Assembly: GCA_035633755.1 (NCBI GenBank)
Contig: DASQEH010000054.1
Span: 14,503 to 78,502, forward strand
Reading direction: 5' to 3'
From: Nocardioidaceae bacterium
Lineage (GTDB): Bacteria > Actinomycetota > Actinomycetes > Propionibacteriales > Nocardioidaceae
Length of the DNA: 64,000 bases
Shown: in pieces, positions 9,302 to 19,565 of the stretch
Position numbering within the stretch: the first letter of the stretch is position 1
How the letters are laid out: the number at the start of each line of letters is the position of its first letter
Translations under genes and position numbers: made by a program
The notes under the pieces: model-generated
Seen by the model: the letters and a program-made list of their open reading frames with translations, nothing else
What the model was told of the DNA's origin: nothing
Databases searched by the model: none

Positions 9302-9955
9302 ATGACCAGCCTGGAAGAGATCTGGCCCTGCTTCGGCTTGCTCATCAGGTCCGGGCCGCTCGAGCTGTCCGTCGTCCGCGACGGCGACATCCCGGCGCTC
9401 GTCGAGCTCGCGGAGGATGGCATCCACCACCCGAACGAGATGCCGTTCGCGTTTCCTTGGACCCAGCCCCCGAGCGGCGAGCTGGGACGGCTGATGGCGC
9501 AGCACTACTGGCGGTCCAGGGCTGAGTTCAGCCCTACTCAGTGGTCGCTGGAGCTGGTGGTCCGGCGAGCTGGTGAGGTCGTCGGCATCCAGGCGATCGG
9601 GGCCACGAACTTCCTGGTCACGCGCACCGGCGAGTCGGGCTCCTGGCTGGGGCGACGCCATCAGGGCCGCGGCACCGGCACCTTGATGAGACAGACGTTG
9701 TGTGCCTTCCTGTTCGACCACATGGACTTCGAGCAGGTGACGTCTGCCGCCTTCACCGACAACCCGGCGTCGATGGCGGTCAGTCGCAAGGTCGGGTACC
9801 GGGCCAACGGGCAAACGCGAGAGAAGCGACGCGACGGCGAGCTCGCGTTCAGCCAGCGCCTGACGCTGGAACCAGCCGACTTGGTGCGGTCGCCCTATCC
9901 GATGTCCGTCGACGGAGTGGCGGCCTTCCGCGGACTCGTCGGGCTGGACGGCTGA
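9302..9955 (+). CDS. GNAT family N-acetyltransferase
   Basis: Acetyl-CoA binding-type motif GSWLGRRHQGRGTGTLMRQTL within a GNAT-like beta-alpha pattern. I chose ATG 9302 (MTSLEE..) over the track start at 9248. Confidence 0.75.
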   Translation: MTSLEEIWPCFGLLIRSGPLELSVVRDGDIPALVELAEDGIHHPNEMPFAFPWTQPPSGELGRLMAQHYWRSRAEFSPTQWSLELVVRRAGEVVGIQAIGATNFLVTRTGESGSWLGRRHQGRGTGTLMRQTLCAFLFDHMDFEQVTSAAFTDNPASMAVSRKVGYRANGQTREKRRDGELAFSQRLTLEPADLVRSPYPMSVDGVAAFRGLVGLDG

Positions 9956-11688
9956 CCCGCGAGAGACTCGGTCTGCCGCAGCAGCAGGAGCGAGAGCACC
10001 GCCGCTGCCAGCGCGCAAGCCGCGGCACCCCAGAAGATGGTCTGCACCTGGGCCACTCCCGCCTCGGTGAATCCAGCGACGTAGGCGTCGCAGATCTTGG
10101 TCCCGGTGCAGGCCTCCTCGACAGAGGGCAGGTCCGCCGAGACGGCATAGAAGCGACGAAGCCCGATGGTCGTCAGGGCTGATATCCCCACCAGCATGCC
10201 GACCATGCGCGCAACCACCAGGAACGCCGAGGCCAGGCCGTGCACCTGTGGGGCCGTGGCGCGGAGCAGAGCCGCGTTGACCGGGGCAATGGCCAGCCCG
10301 AAACCGAGGCCGCACAGCACCAAAGGAACGGTAGCCAGCGGTGAATCCAGGGAGGTCTCGCCCCAGGTGGCCATCCACAGGAAAGCACCTGCAGCCACGG
10401 CCATACCCAGCGCAGACAAGGCACCGACTGGCATATGGCGGATCAGGTAGCCGCCGGCCAGTGCGCCGACGGGAAGCGCTGCGAGCAGTCGCACCAGCAC
10501 GAACGCCGCCCCCAGCTGGGAGTCCGGGTACGTAGTGATGCGGGCGAAGATCGGGATGTCGACCAGCGCTGCGATGAGCGAGGCGCCGATGAAGAAGCTC
10601 ACCACGACCGACCCCCATGCCGGCGTCGCGTGCAGCGACCGACGCGGGACCAAGGGTTCCCTCGCGGTGCGCTGCCGCCAGACGAACAGACCTGCCGCCG
10701 CGGCGCTCGCTGCCAGGAACCACATCCCCCACGGTGAGAACACCTCGACCTCGGGGTCAGCGGTGGCGAAGGCCAACACGATCCCAGCCAGTGCGAGCGC
10801 GAGCAGCCCACCCCCAGGAAGGTCGGCGGCCGTCGTGATGGCCCTGAGCCCACGCAGGTCGACCAGAGGCCGGGCCGCCCAAAGCTGCCGAGCTGTGAAC
10901 AGTGCCGCGAGGACGTAGCACGCCGCCGCCATCGGCGTCGTCCAGCGGCTGTCGGCGAGGTAGGGGATGAAGGCCAACCCCGTGGTGACGCCCCGGGTGA
11001 GTCGTTCTGGAGCCGTCATCACCAGCGTGAGCGCTGTGAGTGCTGCCGCGGCCAGCGCCAGGCTCAGCACGTCCGGAGCTCTCCTCACCTGTCCCGGCGG
11101 CGTCGAGGCGGGCGTGGGCAACAGCATCAGAGCAGCCGCCAGCGCGAGTCCGACCACGAGGTTCAGCCAGAAGATCGTCGGCCACGCGGAGCTCGCCAGC
11201 ACCACGGCGCCGTACAACGGCCCCAGCACGCTGCCGAGCTCCTGAACGGCCCCCACCACTCCCAGAGGCACACCGCGCCTGTCGGCTACCCAGAGGTCGG
11301 CGACGAGCGCGAATGTGGCGGGAACCAGGCCGCCGCCGCCTACTCCCTGCAGGAACCGGCCGATCACCATGGTGGCCAGGTCGTAGGACGCCGCCGTCAC
11401 GAGCGAGCCGATCGAGAACACAAGCAGGGACCCGACCAGGACCGGTATGCGCCCCCTCACGTCGGCGATGCGTCCGATCAACGGCAGCATGGCGATGTAG
11501 CCGAGCAGGAAGCCGGACACGATGGGCGCCGCACGCTGCAGCTCGTCGATCCCGAGCCCGACGGAGCTCATCATGTCGGGAAGAGCCAGCACGACGACGT
11601 AGGTATCAGCCGCCGCGAACCCCACTGCCGTCGCGGCGACCACGAGAAGCCCGCGGGAAGCCTGCCTTGCGTCGGGGGGGTCGATCAC
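9895..11688 (-). CDS. MFS transporter, 14-TMS drug:H+ antiporter type (mycobacterial P55/Rv1410c-like)
   Basis: 597 aa with about 14 hydrophobic segments and MFS motif A-like GRIADVRGR. It lies immediately downstream of an LprG-like lipoprotein gene, as in the mycobacterial lprG-p55 operon. The 3' end overlaps the convergent GNAT gene by 61 nt. Confidence 0.85.
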   Translation of the reverse strand: MIDPPDARQASRGLLVVAATAVGFAAADTYVVVLALPDMMSSVGLGIDELQRAAPIVSGFLLGYIAMLPLIGRIADVRGRIPVLVGSLLVFSIGSLVTAASYDLATMVIGRFLQGVGGGGLVPATFALVADLWVADRRGVPLGVVGAVQELGSVLGPLYGAVVLASSAWPTIFWLNLVVGLALAAALMLLPTPASTPPGQVRRAPDVLSLALAAAALTALTLVMTAPERLTRGVTTGLAFIPYLADSRWTTPMAAACYVLAALFTARQLWAARPLVDLRGLRAITTAADLPGGGLLALALAGIVLAFATADPEVEVFSPWGMWFLAASAAAAGLFVWRQRTAREPLVPRRSLHATPAWGSVVVSFFIGASLIAALVDIPIFARITTYPDSQLGAAFVLVRLLAALPVGALAGGYLIRHMPVGALSALGMAVAAGAFLWMATWGETSLDSPLATVPLVLCGLGFGLAIAPVNAALLRATAPQVHGLASAFLVVARMVGMLVGISALTTIGLRRFYAVSADLPSVEEACTGTKICDAYVAGFTEAGVAQVQTIFWGAAACALAAAVLSLLLLRQTESLAGQPSSPTSPRKAATPSTDIG

Positions 11689-11698
11689 CAGTGTCGGC

Positions 11699-12379
11699 TC
11701 AGGCCGGTGCCTGGATGTCGACCTCGTCGGCCTCCAGGTCGAGCTGGATGGTGTATGTCACGTCGTCACTGCCGTCGTAGAAGGGGCCGGCGATCTCGGC
11801 GCTCTGGACATCGTCGTCCGACGTGAGCCGGTACGAGACCGTGAAGTCGTCGGTCCCTGCGGACGGGAACACCTGCTGAACTGCGTCGCCCGGCAATGTG
11901 CCGTCGATCGTCGTGAGCACTTCGTCGCCATCGCGCGACTCGTCTCCGGCCTCCGGGTCCTCGGTGGCGGTGAACAGCGAGGAGATTCCTGCCTCGGTGT
12001 CCATCAGGTTGGCGGGGTCTGGAGCGCCGTAGTCCGCCGGGTCGATGGTGTTCCAGCCGACGAAGGGGAACTCGGCGTAGACCCGGCCATTGACGGCCAC
12101 CAGCGGAGCGGAGATGTCGGTGGCAGCGGTCTGCACCTTGACCTCGCCGGTGAACGCCGGTGCGTGCGTGCCGGTCCCGGTGGCGCTCAGCAGGCCCTCG
12201 AGCCCGTCGGGCAGCTGCTCGGTCGCCAAGGTGAAGCCGATGTACTCCGCGGAGTCGAAGCTTTCCTTGGCTGCCGCGAGCCGATCCTCGGGTGGCGCTT
12301 CGTTCGACGACGACGAGCCGCCGTCGCAGGCGGTGACGGCGACGACGAGAACGGCGGCTGCGGCAACGAGTTTTCGCAC
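11699..12379 (-). CDS. lprG: LppX/LprAFG family lipoprotein (LprG-like)
   Basis: GTG 12379 gives VRKLVAAAAVLVVAVTAC, a signal peptide with a lipobox Cys. The size and the acidic beta-rich body resemble LprG, and the gene is paired with the MFS gene 10 nt downstream. Confidence 0.75.
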   Translation of the reverse strand: MRKLVAAAAVLVVAVTACDGGSSSSNEAPPEDRLAAAKESFDSAEYIGFTLATEQLPDGLEGLLSATGTGTHAPAFTGEVKVQTAATDISAPLVAVNGRVYAEFPFVGWNTIDPADYGAPDPANLMDTEAGISSLFTATEDPEAGDESRDGDEVLTTIDGTLPGDAVQQVFPSAGTDDFTVSYRLTSDDDVQSAEIAGPFYDGSDDVTYTIQLDLEADEVDIQAPA

Positions 12380-12416
12380 GCTCACAGCCTGCCATGTCGA
12401 CGCAGCTGTCTCCGCC

Positions 12417-14861
12417 TCAGCCGCGAAGTAGCCCACAGATTGCGGCAATGGGTTGCGGTGCCGGCACGCCGGACCCGTCCCGGCGGCCGTGCTCCTCGGG
12501 GAGGTCGACCGGAGCGCCACTGGCTGCTGCGGCCTTCGCGGGCGCCGCACCGGCGAAGGCGACGGTGAGCTGGTCCTCGCCGCGCAGAAAGCGGTGACAT
12601 CGCACGCCGCCGGTGCCCCGCCCCTTCCGGGGGTACTCGCGTAGGTCGCTCACCTTGACGGTGCCCGCCTCCGTGCCTGGCAGTGCCGCCGAAGAGCCGG
12701 CGACCGTGACCACGACGTTGTCCAAGGCGGGATCCACCGAGCCGAACGAGACCACCCGGCAGCCGGGTGACAGCCGTACGCCGACGATGCCGCCACCCGA
12801 GCGACCTTGCGGCCGGACCGCGGCTGCGGGGAACCGCAGCAGCTGCGCGTCGCTGCTCACGAACACCAGGTCGTCGTCGGGGCTGCGCAGCTCCACGGCT
12901 CCTACCACCGTGTCGTCATCAAGCCGGATCACGTCCCACGCGTCCCGGTTGACCAAGATCTCGGGCTGCACGCGTTTCACCACTCCGCGGGCTGTCCCCA
13001 GGGCGAGTCCGAGAGAGTCCGGGTTCAGCGAAGTCAACGTGACAGCGGTCTCGCCGGGTTGCAGCGCGACGAACTCGGTCACGGGTGCGCCGCCCTGCAG
13101 GTGCGGGGCGTTGGCCGTCGGCGGCAGGGCTGGCAAGTCCAGGACGCCGAGCTTCACAAGCCTGCCTGCCGACGTCACTACTCCGACCGAGCCGCGAGCC
13201 GTCGTGTGTGCCGATGCCACGACGACGTCATGTCGGCTGCGGGCACCCCCTCGTCCCGGCGGCTCGTCGCCGGTTGTCCTGGCCAACAGACCGGCCGAGG
13301 ACAACAGCACCAGGCACGGGTCGTCGGTGACCTCCAGTGGCACAGCCGTGAGCACAGGTTGACCTGCCGACTGCAACAGCACCGTACGCCGCGCAGTGCC
13401 GTGCTTGGACGCCACGTCGGCGAGCTCAGCAGACACAGCCTGCTGCAGCAGTGACTCGTCATCGAGGAGCGCACTGAGCTCAGTGATGGTCTCGCGTAGG
13501 GCGGCGTGCTCCTTGTCGAGCTCGAGCTTCGAGAACCGGGTGAGCCGGCGCAGCGGCATGTCGAGGATGTAGTTGGCTTGGATCTCGGTGAGGTCGAACA
13601 CCGTCATCAGACGGGAGCGAGCGGCCTCGGCGTTGTCGCTGGTGCGGATGACCTCGATGACCTCGTCGATGTCGAGGATCGCGACGAGCAGGCCATCGAC
13701 GAGATGCAGGCGATCCTCCGCCTGTGCGCGCCGGTAGGTGGTGCGTCGCCGCACGACGTCGTATCGGTGGTCGAGATACACCTGCAGCAGCTCCATGAGG
13801 CCCAGCGTGCGAGGCTGCCCGTCGACGAGGGCGACGGCGTTGATCCCGAATGTCTCCTCCATCGGCGTCTGCCGGTAGAGCTGCTCCAGCAGGGCCTCGG
13901 GGTGGAACCCGTTCTTGACCTCGATGACCAGCTGCAGACCCTTGCTCCGGTCGGTCAGGTCCTTGACGTCGGCGATGCCTTGCAGCTTCTTCGTCTGGAC
14001 GAGGGTCTTGATTCGCTCGATGACGCGTTCCGGCCCGACGTTGTACGGCAGCTCCGTGACGACGATCCCCTTGCGCCGTGCCGTGACGCTCTCGATGCGT
14101 GCGGTCGCGCGCATGCGGAATGAGCCGCGTCCCGTGGCGTATGCCTCGGCGATCCCGTCCAGGCCGACGATCTTGCCGCCGGTCGGCAGGTCCGGACCGG
14201 GGATGAACCGCATGACGTCGTCGAGCGTCGCCTGGGGGTGGGAGATGAGGTGGCGAAGGGCTTGCACCACCTCGACCAGGTTGTGTGGCGCCAGGTTGGT
14301 GGCCATGCCCACGGCAATGCCGCTCGCGCCGTTCACGAGCAGGTTCGGGAAGGCCGCCGGAAGTACGGCTGGCTCGAGCTCACGGCTGTCGTAGTTCGCC
14401 TTGAAGTCGACCGTGTCCTCGTCGATCCCGACCGTCATCGGCAGCGCCGCAGGGGCCATCCGGCACTCGGAGTAGCGCATCGCCGCCGGCGGGTCGTCCG
14501 GTGAGCCGAAGTTCCCGTGGCCATCGATGAGGGGCAGCCGCATCGACCACGGTTGCACCATGCGGACCAGGGCGTCGTAGATCGCGCCGTCCCCATGGGG
14601 GTGCAGCCGGCCCATCACCTCGCCGACGACCCGAGCGCTCTTGACATGACCGCGGTCGGGACGGAGCCCCATGTCGTTCATGGTGTAGAGGATGCGGCGC
14701 TGCACGGGCTTCAACCCGTCGCGCGCGTCGGGCAGGGCCCGCGAGTAGATGACCGAGTAGGCGTACTCCAAGTAGCTCGAGCGCATCTCGTCGCGGACGT
14801 CGATATCGACGATGTGCTCGTCGAAGTCGTCGGGCGGAGGCGAGGTCGTTCGTCGGGCCAT
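12417..14861 (-). CDS. parC: Type IIA DNA topoisomerase subunit A (topoisomerase IV ParC-like)
   Basis: Motifs [24 protein letters not shown] and [10 protein letters not shown] (active-site Tyr region), plus a C-terminal beta-pinwheel region. I chose ATG 14861 ([22 protein letters not shown]..). Confidence 0.9.
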   Translation of the reverse strand: MARRTTSPPPDDFDEHIVDIDVRDEMRSSYLEYAYSVIYSRALPDARDGLKPVQRRILYTMNDMGLRPDRGHVKSARVVGEVMGRLHPHGDGAIYDALVRMVQPWSMRLPLIDGHGNFGSPDDPPAAMRYSECRMAPAALPMTVGIDEDTVDFKANYDSRELEPAVLPAAFPNLLVNGASGIAVGMATNLAPHNLVEVVQALRHLISHPQATLDDVMRFIPGPDLPTGGKIVGLDGIAEAYATGRGSFRMRATARIESVTARRKGIVVTELPYNVGPERVIERIKTLVQTKKLQGIADVKDLTDRSKGLQLVIEVKNGFHPEALLEQLYRQTPMEETFGINAVALVDGQPRTLGLMELLQVYLDHRYDVVRRRTTYRRAQAEDRLHLVDGLLVAILDIDEVIEVIRTSDNAEAARSRLMTVFDLTEIQANYILDMPLRRLTRFSKLELDKEHAALRETITELSALLDDESLLQQAVSAELADVASKHGTARRTVLLQSAGQPVLTAVPLEVTDDPCLVLLSSAGLLARTTGDEPPGRGGARSRHDVVVASAHTTARGSVGVVTSAGRLVKLGVLDLPALPPTANAPHLQGGAPVTEFVALQPGETAVTLTSLNPDSLGLALGTARGVVKRVQPEILVNRDAWDVIRLDDDTVVGAVELRSPDDDLVFVSSDAQLLRFPAAAVRPQGRSGGGIVGVRLSPGCRVVSFGSVDPALDNVVVTVAGSSAALPGTEAGTVKVSDLREYPRKGRGTGGVRCHRFLRGEDQLTVAFAGAAPAKAAAASGAPVDLPEEHGRRDGSGVPAPQPIAAICGLLRG

Positions 14862-14943
14862 GGTGCATTGTGACGCGGACAGCCGACGGCTGGGCCAGCG
14901 ACCCGCTGGGCGGCGTGACCTGACCGGCCGGTTGGCGCCGGGC

Positions 14944-16659
14944 TCAGCCTCGCGAACCGGGGAGGTTGTCCTCGCCGTAGGCGTGCTCCCGCGCGTCGCC
15001 CTCGGCAACGGCCGCGGCCTCCTGGTCGCGTAGCTCGACGCGGCGGATCTTGCCGGAGATCGTCTTCGGAAGATCAGCGAACTCGATCCGGCGGATGCGC
15101 TTGTACGGGGCCAGGCGCTCGCGGGAGTACGTCATGATGTCCAGCGCCAGCTCCGGACTGGGGGAGTGGCCCGGGCGGAGCGCAACGAAGGCCTTCGGCA
15201 CCGCCAGTCGCACCTCGTGCGGCGACGGGACGACCGCCGCCTCAGCCACAGCCGGGTGCTCGACGAGCACGCTCTCCAGCTCGAAGGGGCTGATGCGGTA
15301 GTCACTGGCCTTGAACACGTCGTCGTCGCGCCCGAGGTAGGTGATGTAGCCGTCCTCGTCGCGGGTGGCGAGGTCGCCGCTGTGGTAGTAGCCGTGTGCC
15401 GTGGCGCCCTCGTTCAACGCGTCGTCGCCGAGGTAGCCGGTCATCAGGCCCGCGGGACGGCGGGCGAGCTCCAGGCACAGCTCGCCGTCGTCGCCGGCCT
15501 CACCGGTCGCCGGGTCGACGAGCGCGACGACGTACCCGGGCAACGGCCGGCCCATGGACCCGGGTCTGACGGGCTGGCCGGGGGAGTTGCCGACCTGGGC
15601 GGTGGTCTCCGTCTGGCCGTACCCGTCGCGGACCGTGACGCCCCAGGCGGCGCTGATCCTCGAGACGACCTCGGGGTTCAGCGGCTCACCCGCCGCCAGG
15701 CACTCGCGCAGGAGGAGCCGCTGCGTGGCCAGTGACGCCTGCATGATCATGCGCCAGACCGTCGGCGGCGCACAGAACGTGGTGACCCCCACCCGCTCCA
15801 TCATGTCCAGCAGGGCATCGACATCCAGACGCGAGTAGTCGTAGACGACCGCCGTCACGCCCGCGTTCCAGGGGGCGAAGAAGCTGGACCAAGCGTGCTT
15901 GGCCCAGCCCGGCGAGGAGATGTTCAGGTGGAGGTCGCCGGGGTGGAACCCGATCCAGTACATGGTGGAGAGATGGCCGACCGGGTACGACGTGGCGGTG
16001 TGCTGGACGAGCTTCGGCTCCGCGGTCGTACCTGAGGTGAAGTACAGCAGCATCGGGTCGTCGGCCCGAGTCCCTCCGCCAACCAGGAGCGGGCGGTCCT
16101 CGGCGATCGCCTCGTCGTAGGACAGCCATCCGCTGGTCCCCCCGACGCTGATGCGTACCAGCGAGGAGGTCTCCACCCCCAGCCGGGCGGCGTCGGGTGC
16201 ACCCGCGATGATCGCCCGAGCATCTCCCCGCTTCAACCGAGCCCCCACGTCGGCCGGGAGCAGCTGTGTGGTCGCCGGGATGATCACCGCTCCGATTCGG
16301 ATGCAGGCGAGCATCGAGACCCACAGTGGAACGGTGTTGCCGAGCATCACCATGACGCGATCACCGTGGGCCACGCCGTTGGCCCGCAGGAACGCGGCGA
16401 GTCGTTGCGACAGCGTGGACAGCTGGGCGTAGCTGAGCTGGGTGTCCGACCCGTTCTCGTCGACGATCCACAGGGCCACCACGTCGGGCTGCTCGACCGC
16501 GAGCACGTCGAACCAGTCGGTCGCGTAGTTGAACTCGTCGAGCTCTGGCCACCGGAAATCCCGATATGCCGTGTCGTAGTCCTCGCGGTGGGCAAGCAGG
16601 AAGTCACGCGCGTGCCGGAAAGCCGTCGTGGCGGCGCTCGGCGAGCTGCTGTCGGGCAT
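14944..16659 (-). CDS. AMP-forming acyl-CoA synthetase (AMP-binding enzyme family)
   Basis: Motifs [23 protein letters not shown] and the C-terminal [13 protein letters not shown] 16659 (MPDSSSPS..). I reject the track extension to 17604, which is antisense to the next gene. Confidence 0.9.
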   Translation of the reverse strand: MPDSSSPSAATTAFRHARDFLLAHREDYDTAYRDFRWPELDEFNYATDWFDVLAVEQPDVVALWIVDENGSDTQLSYAQLSTLSQRLAAFLRANGVAHGDRVMVMLGNTVPLWVSMLACIRIGAVIIPATTQLLPADVGARLKRGDARAIIAGAPDAARLGVETSSLVRISVGGTSGWLSYDEAIAEDRPLLVGGGTRADDPMLLYFTSGTTAEPKLVQHTATSYPVGHLSTMYWIGFHPGDLHLNISSPGWAKHAWSSFFAPWNAGVTAVVYDYSRLDVDALLDMMERVGVTTFCAPPTVWRMIMQASLATQRLLLRECLAAGEPLNPEVVSRISAAWGVTVRDGYGQTETTAQVGNSPGQPVRPGSMGRPLPGYVVALVDPATGEAGDDGELCLELARRPAGLMTGYLGDDALNEGATAHGYYHSGDLATRDEDGYITYLGRDDDVFKASDYRISPFELESVLVEHPAVAEAAVVPSPHEVRLAVPKAFVALRPGHSPSPELALDIMTYSRERLAPYKRIRRIEFADLPKTISGKIRRVELRDQEAAAVAEGDAREHAYGEDNLPGSRG

Positions 16660-16746
16660 CGGGACGTACCTCCCGCATTGAGTGGCCTGGATGGCGTCTG
16701 AGTCTGGGCCACGATCCGACGCCGCGTAAAGCGGTAGATTCTCGTC

Positions 16747-19449
16747 GTGGCCGACCCGCAGGAGCGCATGAGCTATCCCGCGCACTGGGAGGCGGACGTG
16801 CTGCTGCTCGACGGTGGGGCTGCCCGGCTGCGTCCGATTCGCCCCGACGACGCCGACAAGCTGGTCGAGTTCTACGCCCGGGTATCCCCGGAGTCGAAGT
16901 ACATGCGGTTCTTCGCGCCCTATCCGCAGCTGTCCGATCGCGACGTCGATCGCTTCACCCATGTGGACAACGACGACCGGGTTGCGTTCGTGCTGACGAT
17001 CCGCGGGGACATCGTCGCCGTCAGCCGCTATGACAAGCTCGAGAACGGCGAGGCGGAGGTCGCGTTCCTCGTCGAGGACGCACATCAAGGGCGCGGCGTC
17101 GCCCAAGTACTGCTCGAGCACCTGGCGGAGGCGGGGCGCGAGCGCGGAGTCACTCGCTTCCTCGCCGAGGTTCTCCCGGACAACGCCCGGATGATCCAGG
17201 TCTTCAAGGACGCCGGCTACCGCGTGGCGGGTGGCTACAGGGATGGCGTCTTGATGCTCGACTTCCCCATCGAGGCGACCGACACGGCCGTGGGGGTGAT
17301 GCGTTCTCGCGAGCACCGAGCCGAGGCGCGGTCCATGGAGCGCTTCTTCAAGGCGCGAAGCGTCGCGGTGATCGGCGCCAGCCGTCGGTCCGACACCGTG
17401 GGTGCGACCCTCGTGCGCAACCTTGTCCTGGGTGGCTTCTCGGGAAGGGTGTACGTGGTCAACCCGGCCGCCGATGCGGTCGCCGGGATGCCGGCGTACG
17501 CGACCGTGCAGCAGATCCCCGACGCGGTGGACCTCGCGATCGTCGCCGTTCCCGCTGATGCGGTCCAGGAGGTCGTGCTCGACTGCGCCGGGAAAGGCGT
17601 TCACGGGCTGGTCGTCGTCTCGAGCGGTTTCGCCGAGACGGGCGACGACGGCCGTCGACGTCAGCGACGCCTGGTCGGCTTGGCGCGGTCCTACGGCCTG
17701 CGGCTGGTCGGCCCCAACTGTCTGGGATTCATCAACACTGCCCCCGACGTGTCGCTGAACGCGTCCCTGGCGCCGACGATGCCGCCACGTGGTCGGGTCG
17801 GGTTCTTCAGCCAGTCAGGCGCACTCGGTGTGGCGATACTCGAGGCGGTGGCACGGCGAGGCATCGGCTTGTCGACGTTCGTCTCGGCGGGCAACCGGGC
17901 CGACGTGTCGGGCAACGACCTGCTGCAGTTCTGGGAGGAGGACGAGGCCACCGAGGTCGTCCTGCTGTACCTGGAGTCGATCGGCAATCCACGCAAGTTC
18001 TCTCGCATCGCCCGTCGGGTGGGGCGCACGAAGCCCGTTGTCGCGGTCAAGTCCGGCCGGACCACGCAAGGCGTTCCGTTGGGCCACACGGTCAAGGCCA
18101 CGCGCGCTCCCCAAGCAGCTGTGGACGCCATGTTCCGCCAGGCGGGCGTGATCCAGGTGGAGACGCTCGACGAGATGTTCGACGTGGCGCAGCTGCTCGC
18201 CCATCAGCCGCTCCCCATGGGCCCTCGGGTCGCGGTGGTGGGGAACTCCGACGCCTTGGGTCTGCTCGCCGCCGACTCGGCGCTCGCGGCGGGCTTGTTG
18301 GTGACGATGTCGGTGTCCCTTGGTACCGACGCGTCGGCGGGCGAATTCGAGGCGGCGCTCGACAAGGCGATCGACAGTGACGAGGTCGACGCCGTGATCA
18401 CGGTGTTCATCCCGCCTCTGAACACCTCTGGCGACGAGGTGGCGAGCGTGCTGGCCACCGTGGGGGATCAGTCGGACAAGCCGATCGTGTCCACGTTCCT
18501 GGCCAGCGTCGGCCTTCCGGAACTGCTCCGCGTACCGGACCTGGCGACCTCCGCCGGCCGCGGGTCCGTGCCCTCGTATCCGGCGCCTGAGTCAGCGGTA
18601 CGTGCCCTGGCGCGGGTGTGTCACTACGCGCGGTGGGCGAGCCGCCCGCCGGGCACGATGTCGGAGTACGACGACATCGACGCCGTGAGGGCTCGCAGGC
18701 TTGTCAACCGGCTGCTGGTCAACGCCGAAGGCACGGTCGACCTGACCGACGAGCAGCTCACCGAGCTGCTCGGGTACTACGGCATCTCGCTTGTGCCGGC
18801 GCGGCGCGTTGCCAGCCTGGCCGAGGCGGTTACCGCGGGTGCGGAGCTCGGGTGGGGAGTCGCTTTGAAGGCGACCGCTGAGCACCTGCGCCAGCGACCT
18901 GACCTGTCACACGTCCGTCCCAACATCCGCGACGACAGGGAGATGACGGCTGCTTGGCGAGGCCTGATGGCGTCGATCGGGGACCCTGCACGCGCGGAGC
19001 TCGTGGTGCAGCCGATGGCTCCCGGTGGGGTGTCGGTCTCGCTCAAGAGCCTCGAGGACACCTTGTTCGGTCCGATCGTGTCCTTCGGGATGGCGGGGAC
19101 GGCTTCGGAGCTGCTGGGCGACGTCGCCTACCGTATTCCTCCGCTCACCGACTCTGACGCGGCCGATCTCGTGCGAGATGTCCGAGCCTCTCCCCTCTTC
19201 TTCGGCTATCGAGGTTCCGAAGCGGTTGACGTGGCAGCGATCGAAGAGCTCATTCAACGCCTAGCGCGGTTGAAGGACGACCTGCCGGACGTTCGGGCGC
19301 TCGACCTCGGGCTGGTGCTGGCGAGTGCCCACGGTGCGCGCGTCCTTCGAGCCAGCGGGTGCCTCGCCGCTGTGAAGGCCGGACGCAGTGAGGTGCTGAC
19401 TCGTCGGCTCACCGGGCCCTCCAGCATGGAGGACACCCTCATCACCTGA
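16747..19449 (+). CDS. Bifunctional GNAT acetyltransferase / NDP-forming acyl-CoA synthetase-like protein (Pat-type protein lysine acetyltransferase, actinobacterial domain order)
   Basis: The N-terminal GNAT contains AFLVEDAHQGRGVAQVLLEHL. It is followed by a CoA-binding/succinyl-CoA-synthetase-like region (SVAVIGASRR, GPNCLGFIN, SQSGALG) and an ATP-grasp-like region. The GTG start lies 6 nt after TAGATT, which suggests a leaderless mRNA. Confidence 0.85.
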   Translation: MADPQERMSYPAHWEADVLLLDGGAARLRPIRPDDADKLVEFYARVSPESKYMRFFAPYPQLSDRDVDRFTHVDNDDRVAFVLTIRGDIVAVSRYDKLENGEAEVAFLVEDAHQGRGVAQVLLEHLAEAGRERGVTRFLAEVLPDNARMIQVFKDAGYRVAGGYRDGVLMLDFPIEATDTAVGVMRSREHRAEARSMERFFKARSVAVIGASRRSDTVGATLVRNLVLGGFSGRVYVVNPAADAVAGMPAYATVQQIPDAVDLAIVAVPADAVQEVVLDCAGKGVHGLVVVSSGFAETGDDGRRRQRRLVGLARSYGLRLVGPNCLGFINTAPDVSLNASLAPTMPPRGRVGFFSQSGALGVAILEAVARRGIGLSTFVSAGNRADVSGNDLLQFWEEDEATEVVLLYLESIGNPRKFSRIARRVGRTKPVVAVKSGRTTQGVPLGHTVKATRAPQAAVDAMFRQAGVIQVETLDEMFDVAQLLAHQPLPMGPRVAVVGNSDALGLLAADSALAAGLLVTMSVSLGTDASAGEFEAALDKAIDSDEVDAVITVFIPPLNTSGDEVASVLATVGDQSDKPIVSTFLASVGLPELLRVPDLATSAGRGSVPSYPAPESAVRALARVCHYARWASRPPGTMSEYDDIDAVRARRLVNRLLVNAEGTVDLTDEQLTELLGYYGISLVPARRVASLAEAVTAGAELGWGVALKATAEHLRQRPDLSHVRPNIRDDREMTAAWRGLMASIGDPARAELVVQPMAPGGVSVSLKSLEDTLFGPIVSFGMAGTASELLGDVAYRIPPLTDSDAADLVRDVRASPLFFGYRGSEAVDVAAIEELIQRLARLKDDLPDVRALDLGLVLASAHGARVLRASGCLAAVKAGRSEVLTRRLTGPSSMEDTLIT

Positions 19450-19565
19450 GGCCGTGGAGCGATCGGTGCTGTCGCGTCGTCTCACTCGGGCGAAGGTCGC
19501 CTCCAAGCGCTCGACGGATGGATCAGATGAATTGCCGCGCGCACCCGACGTGCAAGGATGGCGGG

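Noticed and set aside
8624-10732. 702-aa antisense ORF. Similar very long ORFs occur at 30095..31867 (-), 33198..34721 (-), 551..1258 (-), 28006..28947 (-) and 40888..42483 (-), among others.
   Set aside because: They lie antisense to genes with unmistakable conserved motifs (parE, the MFS pump, the APC permease, acn, sigA and others). Their translations are R/G/P/A-rich low-complexity strings, typical of stop-codon-poor high-GC DNA. I see no independent evidence of coding.
16660-17604. N-terminal 315-codon extension of the acyl-CoA synthetase ORF (track 14944..17604). Analogous extensions affect ligB (to 50256), sepH (to 22943), dxs (from 36812), uvrA (from 58097), the methyltransferase (from 31705) and DUF3159 (from 27673).
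   Set aside because: The extensions run antisense or out of frame through neighbouring real genes and lack family motifs. Orthologue-like N-termini with an SD sequence or a leaderless -10 box occur at the internal starts I chose.
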